From an uncultured Phycisphaerales bacterium (GTDB lineage: Bacteria; Planctomycetota; Phycisphaerae; Tepidisphaerales; Tepidisphaeraceae): 64,000 bases of DNA. Shown here one piece after another: positions 1 through 9,676 of the stretch. A model generated the notes under the pieces. It ran no database searches. It saw only the letters and a program-made list of their open reading frames with translations, and had not been told where the DNA came from. Where the stretch lies: the NCBI GenBank assembly GCA_963758525.1, contig CAVWVQ010000003.1, forward strand, positions 1,120,001 to 1,184,000, written 5' to 3'. The position numbers and the translations under genes were made by a program. Position 1 is the first letter of the stretch. The number at the start of each line of letters is the position of its first letter.

Positions 1-1082
1 CCATCGATCGTCTCCTGCACGATCGTGCTTCCGTCGAACGGCTTGAACTCGCTGTAGCTTGTCTCGGCCAGAAGGGAGTGATACTGGCTGTTGTCCGGCG
101 TCATATAGGGGGAATAGTTTGAGAGATACGTCACGCGATAGAACGGGCAATTGTTTTCCGGGAAGTACATCCAGCTCTTGGTGCTCGGCGTCGGCCGCTT
201 CACGCCAATGCCAACCATGTAGCCGCCGCTGTGGCGCAATGACGCGGTGGCTTTCTTGATGTCGCGCGGCAATTCGCCGTTGATCACATCGTTGCACAGT
301 TTGTCCAGCGGCATGGTGGAGATCAGCATGTCGTATCTGATGCGCTGCCCGTCCGTGAAGCAGATCTCCCTGGCGGTGCAATTGATGAACGCGACCTTTC
401 GATTGAGATGAAGATGTCCGCCGAGCGTCGCACCGATCCGGCGGTAAAACTCGCCGGTCCCCCCGCGGAGCGGAAATTTGAATTGATTGTTCGGGCCCCA
501 GCCGAAGTCATCTTTTTCCAGCAGCACGTTCTCCAGCGCGCGGCGAATGTCGATCATCGCCACGCGCTCCCCGATCCACTCCTTGTTCATCATCTGCATC
601 GGGTGCGCCCAAACCTTGAAGTTGTACGGCTTCATGAAATGCCGCGCGATCCCGTCGCCAAAGACCGCATCGATGAACTGATCGAAATTCCTGGCGTTCG
701 TATGATCGCGGCGGGTCTGTGCCTCGATCAATCCGGTCAGACATTCGCACACCACTTCACGCGGCAGATACCGGATGTTGTTCTGAAACGGGTATGGCAC
801 CCACGTATCGCACATCCGCACCCACGATTCCCGCAGGTTCATTTGAAATTCGTCGCCCATCAAAGCATCGAAAACGCGATCGTAGTATTTGTAGTGACTA
901 AACATGACGTGGCCCCCCACGTCCCAGGTGAACCCGGCGGAGTCTGTGTAACTGCTCGCAAGGCCCCCGGCATGATCGAGGCTGTCATACACCTCGAAAT
1001 TCGAATAGCCCAGTTCCTGAAGCCGATATCCGGCGCCCAGCCCGGTGGGGCCCGCTCCGATGATGACGATTTTCTTTTGCAT
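1..1082 (-). CDS. FAD-dependent oxidoreductase (UDP-galactopyranose mutase/protoporphyrinogen oxidase-like), 3' end outside window
   Basis: Manual translation from ATG at 1082: MQKKIVIIGAGPTGLGAGYRL...GGLASS...WDVGGHVMFSH (Rossmann GxGxxG). Open to the window edge, so absent from the ORF track. Confidence 0.85.
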   Translation of the reverse strand, partial: MQKKIVIIGAGPTGLGAGYRLQELGYSNFEVYDSLDHAGGLASSYTDSAGFTWDVGGHVMFSHYKYYDRVFDALMGDEFQMNLRESWVRMCDTWVPYPFQNNIRYLPREVVCECLTGLIEAQTRRDHTNARNFDQFIDAVFGDGIARHFMKPYNFKVWAHPMQMMNKEWIGERVAMIDIRRALENVLLEKDDFGWGPNNQFKFPLRGGTGEFYRRIGATLGGHLHLNRKVAFINCTAREICFTDGQRIRYDMLISTMPLDKLCNDVINGELPRDIKKATASLRHSGGYMVGIGVKRPTPSTKSWMYFPENNCPFYRVTYLSNYSPYMTPDNSQYHSLLAETSYSEFKPFDGSTIVQETID

Positions 1083-1093
1083 GGTGGATAGTC

Positions 1094-3801
1094 CTATGAA
1101 CCTTGGGTGCTCGTGTAGACCGACTCAATTTCAATATCCGTCAGCGGCGCGATGCGTGTCGCGGCGGCGCGGTCTTTCCTGGACAACGCCTGGTCGATCA
1201 ACGATTGAAGCTGTGAGACGGTGCTGTCCCATGAGCAGCTTTGCGCCAGCTCTTTTCCGCGCGTGACCCGCTGGTCATCCGGGCCGGCCTGCAAGGCGGC
1301 CTCGATGCACTCGACAAATTCCAACGGAGTCGCGGCAATGCGAATAATGTCCGTCCATTGGCGCACCACGTCGCGCACCGGAGTGCTGACGATCGGCTTG
1401 CCGCAGGCCATGTATTCCAGGGCTTTGGTTGGATTGATGAACTGCGTCGCCTTGTTGAGCGCGAACGGCATCATGCAAACGTCAAAGGCGCGGCAATAGC
1501 TCGGCAGCGCCTGATAATCGCGACTTCCCAGCCAGAAGAGATTCGGGGAGTGGGGCAGCAGATTCGGATCGATCTTCACCACCGGCCCGATCATCGCGAA
1601 CGACCAGTCGGGCCGCTGCCGCGCCATCTCGCCGACCAGCCCATAGTCCACGCGCTCGTCCACCACGCCGAACCATCCGATGATCGGATGATCCATGAAG
1701 TCGATGTCGGGCGGCGCAATGGTGCGCGGGTCGCTGGCGCGGGAGAAGTGCTGATATTCCACCCCGCATCCAAACGTGTGAACCGAGTGGTGCTGCGCGC
1801 GTTTCTTCTCGCCCAATTCGTGACCGCCGGCGAAAATCACGTCGGCGTGGCGAATCAGCCTCGCTTCCTGCTGAATCAACGCGGGCGTGCGCACGGTGAA
1901 TTGTGAAAGCTCGTCCATGCAATCGTAGACAATCCCGCGGCTCGCAAAGTGTCCCAGCGACCAGGCGGAATCCATCGGCGAGTAGTACCAGAGCAGCGGC
2001 TGATCAAATTCGCCATCTTCGTTGATGGCCTCAATCGCCTGGCGAGTCATCTCGCGAAGCCGGCTTGTGAGCGTTCGATCCTTCCTGCCTGACGGGGAAA
2101 AATGCGGGGCAACCACCGTGACGTTTGGCATCACCTGGTGAAGATCGTGCCGCGGCTGCTGTCCCTCCGGCAGATCGAACAAAGGCTCCTCGACAAACAG
2201 AATTCGATGGCGCCGCGCGAGCCGCGAGAGGAACTGCTGCGGGCGCTGCCAGACGAACCCCCAGCGCAGATGACTGAAGACCACAATCCCGTAAGGACCG
2301 GTCGCCCGCGTCTGGACACTATTGTCGATCCGCGCGACACCGGGCTTCTGCTCCCCCGGATGGCTTCCTGTCGCCACGCTTACCGCCGCCAGAGGAGGAA
2401 CGTGTCCATTCCCGTTGCCGTTCCCGTTGCCATTTCCCTGGCGGGAAGCGTCCCGTGCAATGGCAGCGCTCTGCTCTTGGGAGATCGTGGGAAGAGCGAT
2501 CGAATCCAGTTCTCCAACCCGCGCGTTTCCCGCGGAAGCGGCGCGCGAAAACTGCTCAACCAGCGGCGTGACCTCGCGAGCAAGCGTTCCGTCGTGCTCG
2601 CGCCGTAACGAATAAAGGCCGACTTGATGGATCTTCCCGACGCGATGGGTCAGCGCCCCGTCCCAGTCGATCTGGTCGAACAGCGGCCACCAGAAATAGC
2701 CGAGCATCGGAACGCCCTCGGCGCGCAGCCGCCGGCAATCTTCGATCGTTTTGTCCAGCCAGATTTCGCGATTGATCGGCTTCCCGTCTGTGCTGGTCTC
2801 CGTCAGCATCAGCGGGAGGCCATAGCGGTTGTAATAAGCCGATCCAATTCCGTACACGCCGGCGGCACGTTCACTTCTTCTCTGGCGAATCACGGAACCG
2901 CTTTTCTCCAGCCGCCATTCGGAGTTCGGATAATAATCCATCCCGATGATGTCGGGCGTTTGCGGATTGGATCGAAACCAGTCGAGATCGAGCTCCGAAA
3001 ACCCATGCATCACCATCCACTCATACAACGGGTGCTGACGGTCGACCGCGCCGGTGAGCAGGTCCAGAACGAGAAATCGGCGGAGGTTTCGCCGTGAGAC
3101 TTCTTCGCAGAGTTCTGGCTCGCGCGTCTGGTAATGCTCGACATTATCGCAATGCATGATCGTTGCTTCGTGCTGCACCCGACGGATGGCGCGAATCGAA
3201 CGGCTCACCGCCTGCACGATGCGCGACAGCACAGGCATGTACCCGCGCCAGTGGCGCGCGTGTGGCGGCCAGAAGCCCAGATCTCCGGAAAACAAGGCAA
3301 GAACGAGCGGTTCATTGCACGGGCACCATGTGTGAATCGAGTCGCGATAGCGCGTGACGATCGCTTCGCTGAACGCTTCCAACGATTCGGGGAATTCAGG
3401 GTCGCCCGCCGCCTGAGCGAGCCATTGCGGAACTCCAAAATGCATCACGTCAAGATAGAGCTCGAGTCCCAGGTCTCTGCAGAACCCAATCCGCTCGTCC
3501 GCCATTCCCCAATCAAAGTTGCCGCGGCGGGACTCGATCTTGTGCCACGGCAATGCGTATCGCAGGTGCGTCAGGCCGGAGATCTCGCGGCGCGGCGCAG
3601 ATCCTCGCGCCATGCCCGATCGTGGCCGGTCCATTCGAATTGATCCACTTTCAGATGAGGAATGAATGAGCATTCAATGCCGGCGCCCCAGATAAAATTT
3701 ATTTTTTCATCCGGAGCCGCGTCGTCGCGGGCGGATTTCTCCGACACTCTGGCAGCAGGACGACGCGCTTCTTCATTGCGTGGGCTCAGCGTCGAGCTCA
3801 T
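1094..3801 (-). CDS. Fusion of GH1-like beta-glycosidase domain and GT4-type glycosyltransferase (apparent frameshift near 3585)
   Basis: N-terminus FIWGAGIECS..DQFEWTGH (ORF 3571..3801) continues into LRYALPWH..NEP..LTETS (ORF 1094..3673). A (GN)n linker is followed by HLRWGFVWQRPQQFLSR..YDCMDELSQF..NPTKALEYMACGKP. Confidence 0.8.
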
Positions 3802-4254
3802 GTCTTTCTCCTTCTGGTTGTCCGGCGTCGGCGGATTGCTCCTCCGCGACGACCGTCGTTTCGTTGCAGTTGTTCCCGCGCCGGTCGCTCAACGACCTGT
3901 CGCGAAGTGTTCCAGGCGGCTCTGGCGGTAATTATTCCAGCGATCTAGCGAGGTAGGGCCGACACCAAAAACCAGGATGACGCGCGTGGTCTTCCGCTGC
4001 ATCCGGGCCGTCCATGAGTACACCGGCCTGGAGCTTTGGAGAGGTTTTTCGCGATGGGCGTTTTTCATCGATCTGGTCCCGTGACACAACGGTGCGAGCC
4101 TCTTTATGGATGAGGAGATCGCAAATCGGGTTCCGGCGTCGATTCGGAAAATTCCTGATTGCAGACAATCGCCGAAGTGCGGATAATGAGGCGTTAGTCG
4201 GTCTGTCCTGTCGCGATTAGAAGCCATCTGCTCGGATTGACGCTTCCTGGCGGG

Positions 4255-5307
4255 TCAACTCGAAGCAGCGTCCCCCAACTGATTGAATCGCTTCTCCGCT
4301 CCGCGACCAAGGGCGCACAACGCCAGTTGGGTGATGATCGATTCGCTGTCCCTGCCCTTGTGTCGATTGCTTTCGCTGGCGCCATCTCCCGGCAGCAGAT
4401 AGTTGATGAGACTTGCGAACTGCGTGAATAGGCCGGGCGCCACCCCGTGAATCTTTGCCGCCGCCTTGGCGGTCAGTCCAAGCGTCACTTCTGCCTCTCC
4501 GTAGATGGCCGCACGGACAATCCTTCGAGCGGCTCGGCGCGCGCTGACGGAGATGCCGGGGAGATTGTCGCTAATGCTGAACCACGCGTATTCGGCGCGG
4601 TATTTTCCCTTGAAGTCGGCGTTGCGCGGGCTGCCGGTTTTCATGAGTCCAGGGACAACGGTGGTGACCAGCACGCCGGACTTGCTCAGCTCCGTTCGCA
4701 GCCCGCTGGAAAAACCCACAAACGCAAACTTGCTGGCGCAGTAGGGGAGCAGGTGGGGCACGGGAATCTTGCCGCCGATGGATGTGATGTTGACGATGCG
4801 TCCCTCACGTCGCGCCTGCATCGACGGGGTGACGGCGAGGGTCGCGTGGACGGCGCTCCAGAAATTACTATCCATCGCCTCCTGGAAATCGGCTGCGGTC
4901 ATGGCCTCCTGCGGCCCCACCGCGATGGTGCCGGCGTTATTCACCAGAATGTCGATCGGGCCAATAGCCTGCTCCACCCGGCGAACCATCTCCCGAGTCT
5001 GACCCTCGACGCGCACATCGCAAGGAAATGCAAGAACCCGCGGCGTGATCTGTCTGAGGTCGGCCCGGGCGGCTTCCAGCGTCGTTTCATCCCGGCCGCA
5101 GATCGCGAGGGTCGCGCCATGCCGCGCAAATTCCCGAGCCAGAGCGAGCCCCAGCCCGCGTGAACCACCGGTAATCAGAACCGTCCGCCCCGTCAATTGG
5201 ATGTACCGGCTGCGCCGCTGGATCATCGCCGCGGCATAGACGGCTCCCGCGCCGATGACCGCTGCGGGAATCAACCACGAGCCGGTGCGAGCGTTCGATT
5301 CGCGCAT
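4255..5307 (-). CDS. SDR family NAD(P)-dependent oxidoreductase
   Basis: TGGSRGLG, NNAG and YCASK catalytic motifs; N-terminal hydrophobic anchor. Confidence 0.9.
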   Translation of the reverse strand: MRESNARTGSWLIPAAVIGAGAVYAAAMIQRRSRYIQLTGRTVLITGGSRGLGLALAREFARHGATLAICGRDETTLEAARADLRQITPRVLAFPCDVRVEGQTREMVRRVEQAIGPIDILVNNAGTIAVGPQEAMTAADFQEAMDSNFWSAVHATLAVTPSMQARREGRIVNITSIGGKIPVPHLLPYCASKFAFVGFSSGLRTELSKSGVLVTTVVPGLMKTGSPRNADFKGKYRAEYAWFSISDNLPGISVSARRAARRIVRAAIYGEAEVTLGLTAKAAAKIHGVAPGLFTQFASLINYLLPGDGASESNRHKGRDSESIITQLALCALGRGAEKRFNQLGDAASS

Positions 5308-5477
5308 GACAATACTGCTTTCGTATCAATGGCTGCACGGCCGCGCCGGGCGACGCACGCGCGGCGTCGCAGCCCCGCTTCGCTGCATTTTGAAACGTAC
5401 TGCACCGATGAAATCGAGTCAGCGCTGAAAACGGTCCTGTGGAGGGTGTGGCGCTCGAAAGTGGCGATCGGCTCCGA

Positions 5478-5545
5478 GTAGGGCGGGATTCATCCCGCCG
5501 ATTTGTTGGCCGGCTGAGAAAACGGCGGGATGAATCCCGCCCTAC
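5478..5545. repeat. GTAG-type REP doublet (REPIN-like)
   Basis: GTAGGGCGGGATTCATCCCGCC ... GGCGGGATGAATCCCGCCCTAC inverted pair. The same unit occurs near 34990-35058 and 43970. Confidence 0.85.
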
Positions 5546-5636
5546 GATCGCAAAATCTGCAATCGCCACAAATAAAAGTTACACCCCCTGTGGAACACCT
5601 GAAACCCCCGAAGCTCGGTTTGGGCCGTTTCAGTTG

Positions 5637-6788
5637 TCAGTCAAAATGATCCCCACCGGAGCTTCCGGAGGGCAGATCGCCGATCCCTGGCGTGCGGGAC
5701 ATCCAGGCGCTGCGCTGCCAGTTGTCGGCGGTGGGTTTGGCGGCCATGACCGGCGGGAGCGCGAGCACGAAGTGGAGGGCCAGCGCGTCGAGGAACGGCT
5801 CGTACAGGCCGCGAAGCTCGGCGAGGCGCGATTCGGCGTCGGGGGAGTCAGCCGACTGACGACCGAATTGCCCAAGCAGATCATGCAGGTGGGCACAAAC
5901 GCTGGAGCGCAACACGTTTGGTTCCGTTGGCGGACTGACGCCGAAGATCAAGGCGATGTCCACCGCCGCGTGCCGGGCCATCGCAAAGGTGAGCTGGGCC
6001 TGATGGGACTCGCCCGGCGGCAGGATTGTCAGCAGCAACGAGCACGCATCGAGCATGGACGTCAGGGCCGCGAGCCAGGATTGGTTGGCATGCTGCGAGC
6101 GGTAGTACGCGAGCACGGGAAAGGAAATGTGGCTTTCCAGCAGCTCGGAACACCACCGTTCCCATTCGCGCAGCGTGGAGTCGTCGGCATCCACACGGCC
6201 GTCCCGCAACAGACGTCGCACAAATTCCCCCCCGGTCGGCGGAGAGCCGGCGCGGGCGTCCAGGAGCGAGATGGTCACCTCCCTGCGCGAAAACGCCTGA
6301 TAGAGCACCGGGAGATAGCTGATGATGATCGCCAGGAATCCGAAGCCCAGGCCCCCTTCGATGACGGTCAGCGCGCGGGACACGCCGTCGGAGGGGATCA
6401 CGTCGCCCAGCCCGAGCGTGAAGTAGGTCGTGCCGCTGAAATAGAGAAACGCTCCAAACGTGTTCGGCGTTGGGAAGTGCTGGCTCGTTGATAACAGCGA
6501 AGCCAGCGACCACTGCATGCCCGCGAAACCGAAAACCAGGCTGACGATCCACGAGCCGAAGAGTCCCAGCAGCGACATCGGCCCGAAGACCCCCAGCATC
6601 CCCTCGCGCCAGCGCCGGTCGGCAACCCGCGCGGCGATCGCCCGCCAGATCCACCAGCAGTTGCGGTAATACAGCCGCGAATAGCGAAAGCGATGATTGA
6701 TCCGTCGCGGCAGGAGGATCGTCTCAAACGCGTCGAGCAACGTCGCGACAGTCCACAGCAGGCCGACGATGAAGGCGAAGGAGTGCAA
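5637..6788 (-). CDS. Potassium-channel-like (Ion_trans_2) membrane protein
   Basis: TM helices flank a pore-helix motif LYFSGTTYFTLGLGDVIP. Confidence 0.8.
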   Translation of the reverse strand: MHSFAFIVGLLWTVATLLDAFETILLPRRINHRFRYSRLYYRNCWWIWRAIAARVADRRWREGMLGVFGPMSLLGLFGSWIVSLVFGFAGMQWSLASLLSTSQHFPTPNTFGAFLYFSGTTYFTLGLGDVIPSDGVSRALTVIEGGLGFGFLAIIISYLPVLYQAFSRREVTISLLDARAGSPPTGGEFVRRLLRDGRVDADDSTLREWERWCSELLESHISFPVLAYYRSQHANQSWLAALTSMLDACSLLLTILPPGESHQAQLTFAMARHAAVDIALIFGVSPPTEPNVLRSSVCAHLHDLLGQFGRQSADSPDAESRLAELRGLYEPFLDALALHFVLALPPVMAAKPTADNWQRSAWMSRTPGIGDLPSGSSGGDHFD

Positions 6789-6916
6789 TGGATCTCGTGG
6801 GATACGTCCAACGATTTGCGAAAATAGACGGGCTCGCTCGGGTTAAGCGACGCCAGGGTGGTCCGGATACAGCTGGATTTTTATGAACGGGCCGGTCGCT
6901 CGTGCGGAAATCGGGC

Positions 6917-7408
6917 TCACTTTACCTTCACGGAGCGCTGCCGCGCCTTGAACGCCTCCGACTTGAACCAACTCAGGGCTTCCTGCTCCCGTGGTTCCAA
7001 AGGGGCCACCGTCTCCAGTCGGGCTGTGAATTGCGCAGCTACCTCGTCCAGTTGCAGATCATCGGACGGGCACAGGCCAGCCAAAAACAAAAGCGGTTGG
7101 GCATCAACGTCCAAAAAGTTGGCCAGGCGAACGACCGTCTCGGGATTTCCCGCGCCGTGGTTGCCGGTCTCGATCGTAAGGAGGTCCATGAGGCTGACCT
7201 GAGCTCTCTGCGCCAACTGCAACGCCGAGAGGCCCAACTGACGACGAGACAACTCGATGAAATGCGCCAGCGAGCGTTGTGCGGCCTCGGCGTTCAGCCC
7301 GTTTAGTCGCCCATGCGGACCACCGACCTCCATTGAAACACCTTCCTCCGCATCGGCCATCTGCATAACCCACGCGTCATCGCGCCGAACTTGGTTAAAC
7401 ATGCTCAT
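6917..7408 (-). CDS. XRE/Cro-type helix-turn-helix protein
   Basis: ATG at 7408 lies 2 nt after the GNAT stop. HTH pattern IELSRRQLGLSALQLAQRAQVSLMDLLTIETG...VRLANFLDV. Confidence 0.75.
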   Translation of the reverse strand: MSMFNQVRRDDAWVMQMADAEEGVSMEVGGPHGRLNGLNAEAAQRSLAHFIELSRRQLGLSALQLAQRAQVSLMDLLTIETGNHGAGNPETVVRLANFLDVDAQPLLFLAGLCPSDDLQLDEVAAQFTARLETVAPLEPREQEALSWFKSEAFKARQRSVKVK

Positions 7409-7410
7409 GG

Positions 7411-8046
7411 TCAACTCCGAGTTCGCAAAAACACGTCCGCTCCCTCCCGCGTCATTTCGAAATACCAAAGCCCGCGTGCGTGCCTGTCCTGTCGTTCGAC
7501 TTCCACCGGAGTGAAACCGAGACGACGGTAGAAGCCTTCTGATCGCTGGAGCGAATGAAGCCCGACGCGGCCGCCGTACTCTAAATCCACGCTGAGCCTT
7601 ACCGCTCCGTCCAATAAGTGCGACCCAACCGCTCCGAAGCGAGGCCGGTCCACAAGGTCTTCGTTGTTCCACGGAGCATTCTGTACATAATCAACATAGA
7701 CTAGCGGTTTGCCGGCATCGGGTTGTTTGTGCGCCGCGTAACCATCCGTCACCAACATCATTAGCCCCTGCATTATACCCTCGCATTCGATGGCCAAGCT
7801 GCGGTACGCCGCCAAGCTGAGGAAACTGGATTTTGCCAGCCAATCCCAATGTTGATGCTCCAGGGAAGGCAAGCCGAGCTGCCGTCGACGTTCGATGCCT
7901 GCTTCCCAGATCGGTTGCCACACAGCCACGTTTTCGGCAATCACCGATGCAGGCACGTCCAGACAGAGAGAGGCCCCGACCAGTTGACCGCGCTGGCTTC
8001 CGCGGCGGGTATGCTTGTCTTCGAGCTTAATCGGGAAACGCGTCAT
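7411..8046 (-). CDS. GNAT family acetyltransferase (possible toxin)
   Basis: YVDYVQNAPWN...RFGAVGSHLL (AcCoA-binding motif A-like) and GLHSLQRSEGFYRRLGF. ATGA overlap with the upstream RHH gene. Confidence 0.8.
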   Translation of the reverse strand: MTRFPIKLEDKHTRRGSQRGQLVGASLCLDVPASVIAENVAVWQPIWEAGIERRRQLGLPSLEHQHWDWLAKSSFLSLAAYRSLAIECEGIMQGLMMLVTDGYAAHKQPDAGKPLVYVDYVQNAPWNNEDLVDRPRFGAVGSHLLDGAVRLSVDLEYGGRVGLHSLQRSEGFYRRLGFTPVEVERQDRHARGLWYFEMTREGADVFLRTRS

Positions 8047-8252
8047 AGCACCAAGAGTTCCGCCTTCTTGTTCTTGGAGTCTTCCATAAAGAGCTTGCCA
8101 CCTTTGGCCAGCTTGAAGTCAACCAACTGGTATAGCCTCAGGGCATGGCGGAGAACAGCCGTCTTGCTCATCTCCTTTTTCGCGGCCAGTTCTTCAAGTA
8201 CTTCCATCTCACGAACCGTGAGATTCAGAGTCATGGTTTTCTTATCTTCCAT
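8043..8252 (-). CDS. Ribbon-helix-helix (CopG-like) protein, possible antitoxin
   Basis: 69 aa; alternating beta-strand TMTLNL followed by helices LEELAAKKEMSKTAVLRHALRLY. Confidence 0.8.
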   Translation of the reverse strand: MEDKKTMTLNLTVREMEVLEELAAKKEMSKTAVLRHALRLYQLVDFKLAKGGKLFMEDSKNKKAELLVL

Positions 8253-8410
8253 GGATGAGAAGATACATGAAAAATAGCTAAAAAGTCAACCACGACATCC
8301 GGTTATTTCGAGCTTTACGCTGGTTGATAACTCGGGTCCGACGACCGCATTGCATTCATCCAGCGCTGTAGACTGCGCGGAACTTCGAAGGGGCTATTCT
8401 ATCGGCAGCG

Positions 8411-9194
8411 TCATGTCCGTCGCAGAAATCGCATCGCACGATACGCCAGAACGATTTTTTCAACGTTGAAGCGGTGAATCGCCCGGCTGAATCTGTCGTC
8501 TCCGACGTATCGAGCGGCGACACGATATTGCTCGTCGAATTGCCTGCGGTCGATCTTGCCGGATTTGCTCTGCGGGTGCAGTCGGAACTGCGAGAGCACT
8601 TGCGGGACGATGAGCGGACCGCCGCGCGCCCCCATGCGCAGCCAGAGGTCGTAGTCCATGGTCCAGTGGAGCGATTCGTCCAGCGGGCCGATCTCCCGGC
8701 CGAAGTCGCGACGCCAGAAGACTGACGGCTGGGAGATGAAGTTTTCCCGGAGCAGCTTGCGATAGTGATAGCGGCGGAGCCCGCGATCTTTGTAGCGAAC
8801 GATCGACTGCCGGATGGGCCGGCCCCTGGCGTCGATGATTTCGTACCGTCCGACGAGCCATTGAGCCTCAGGTTGGCGCGCAAAGGCGTCGGCCACGATC
8901 TGCAGCGCGCACGGGCTTGTAAAGGTCGTCGCTGTTCAGCCAAGCGACCACATCGCCGTCGGCAAGCGCAAGGCCTTTGTTGATTGCGTGCGACTGCCCC
9001 CGGTCCGGCTCGCTGATCCACGTGAGTCTTGATTCGTGAAGTGTTGTGAGCAGGTTTGAGGTGCCGTCGGTGCTTTGGGCATCGATGACGATCCATTGCA
9101 GATCAAAATCGCCGGACTGGGAGAGGATGCTGCGGGCAGTGTGTGCCAGGAACGGAGCCTGGTTGAACGAGGGGGTGATGATGCTGATCCGCAT
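8411..9194 (-). CDS. GT2 glycosyltransferase (WcaE-like), apparent frameshift near 8900
   Basis: MRISIITPSFNQ...QSHAINKG...WLNSDD (8868..9194) joins FISQPSVFWRR...MDYDLWLR (8411..8896). Confidence 0.85.
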
Positions 9195-9346
9195 GGTGCT
9201 TCCCGCGCTGGGCCGGCATCATACAGTGGAACTGCACCTTCCGAAGTTGAGTCCTGTTTTTCCGAGTGGGCAACCTCAACTGGTGGGCAGCAGTCCGAAT
9301 CACCTGTTGGGGCTGCGTCTGGCATTGGGTGGCGTGGCGTCTCTTT

Positions 9347-9511
9347 TCAGAGCAGAAATGTCCAAGGCCCAATGGCCAACAAAGCCCCAAGGTCCAGGGC
9401 CAAAGGCTGGTTCTCCCATTGGTCATTGCGATTTGGGATTTTGTTGGCCATTGGGCATTGGGCATTTCTTAGTTTCCCTCATCTCTTTTCGGAGCAGTAC
9501 CAGGGGAGGGG
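9347..9511 (+). repeat. ~165-bp dispersed palindromic element, copy A
   Basis: Near-identical inverted copy at 50851-51015 (first 50 nt identical). Internal CCCAATGGCCAACAAA / TTTGTTGGCCATTGGG arms. Confidence 0.85.
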
Positions 9512-9676
9512 AAAGAGAGTTCCCAAAGTGTCACACACCCCCCGGCATGCCTGGCGGGACTATCTTGTCACGTCGTCAAACGTTTGTATGATCCACCCAC
9601 CAACCCACTCGGCGGCCAAAACGCTGCTGATCCATGTCGGAGTTCTCCGGATTGTTGTCTGCTTCCGCAACTGCGC

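Noticed and set aside
3889..4227. 112-aa ORF between the SDR and the GH/GT fusion
   Set aside because: No recognisable motifs or clear RBS; likely a promoter/intergenic region.
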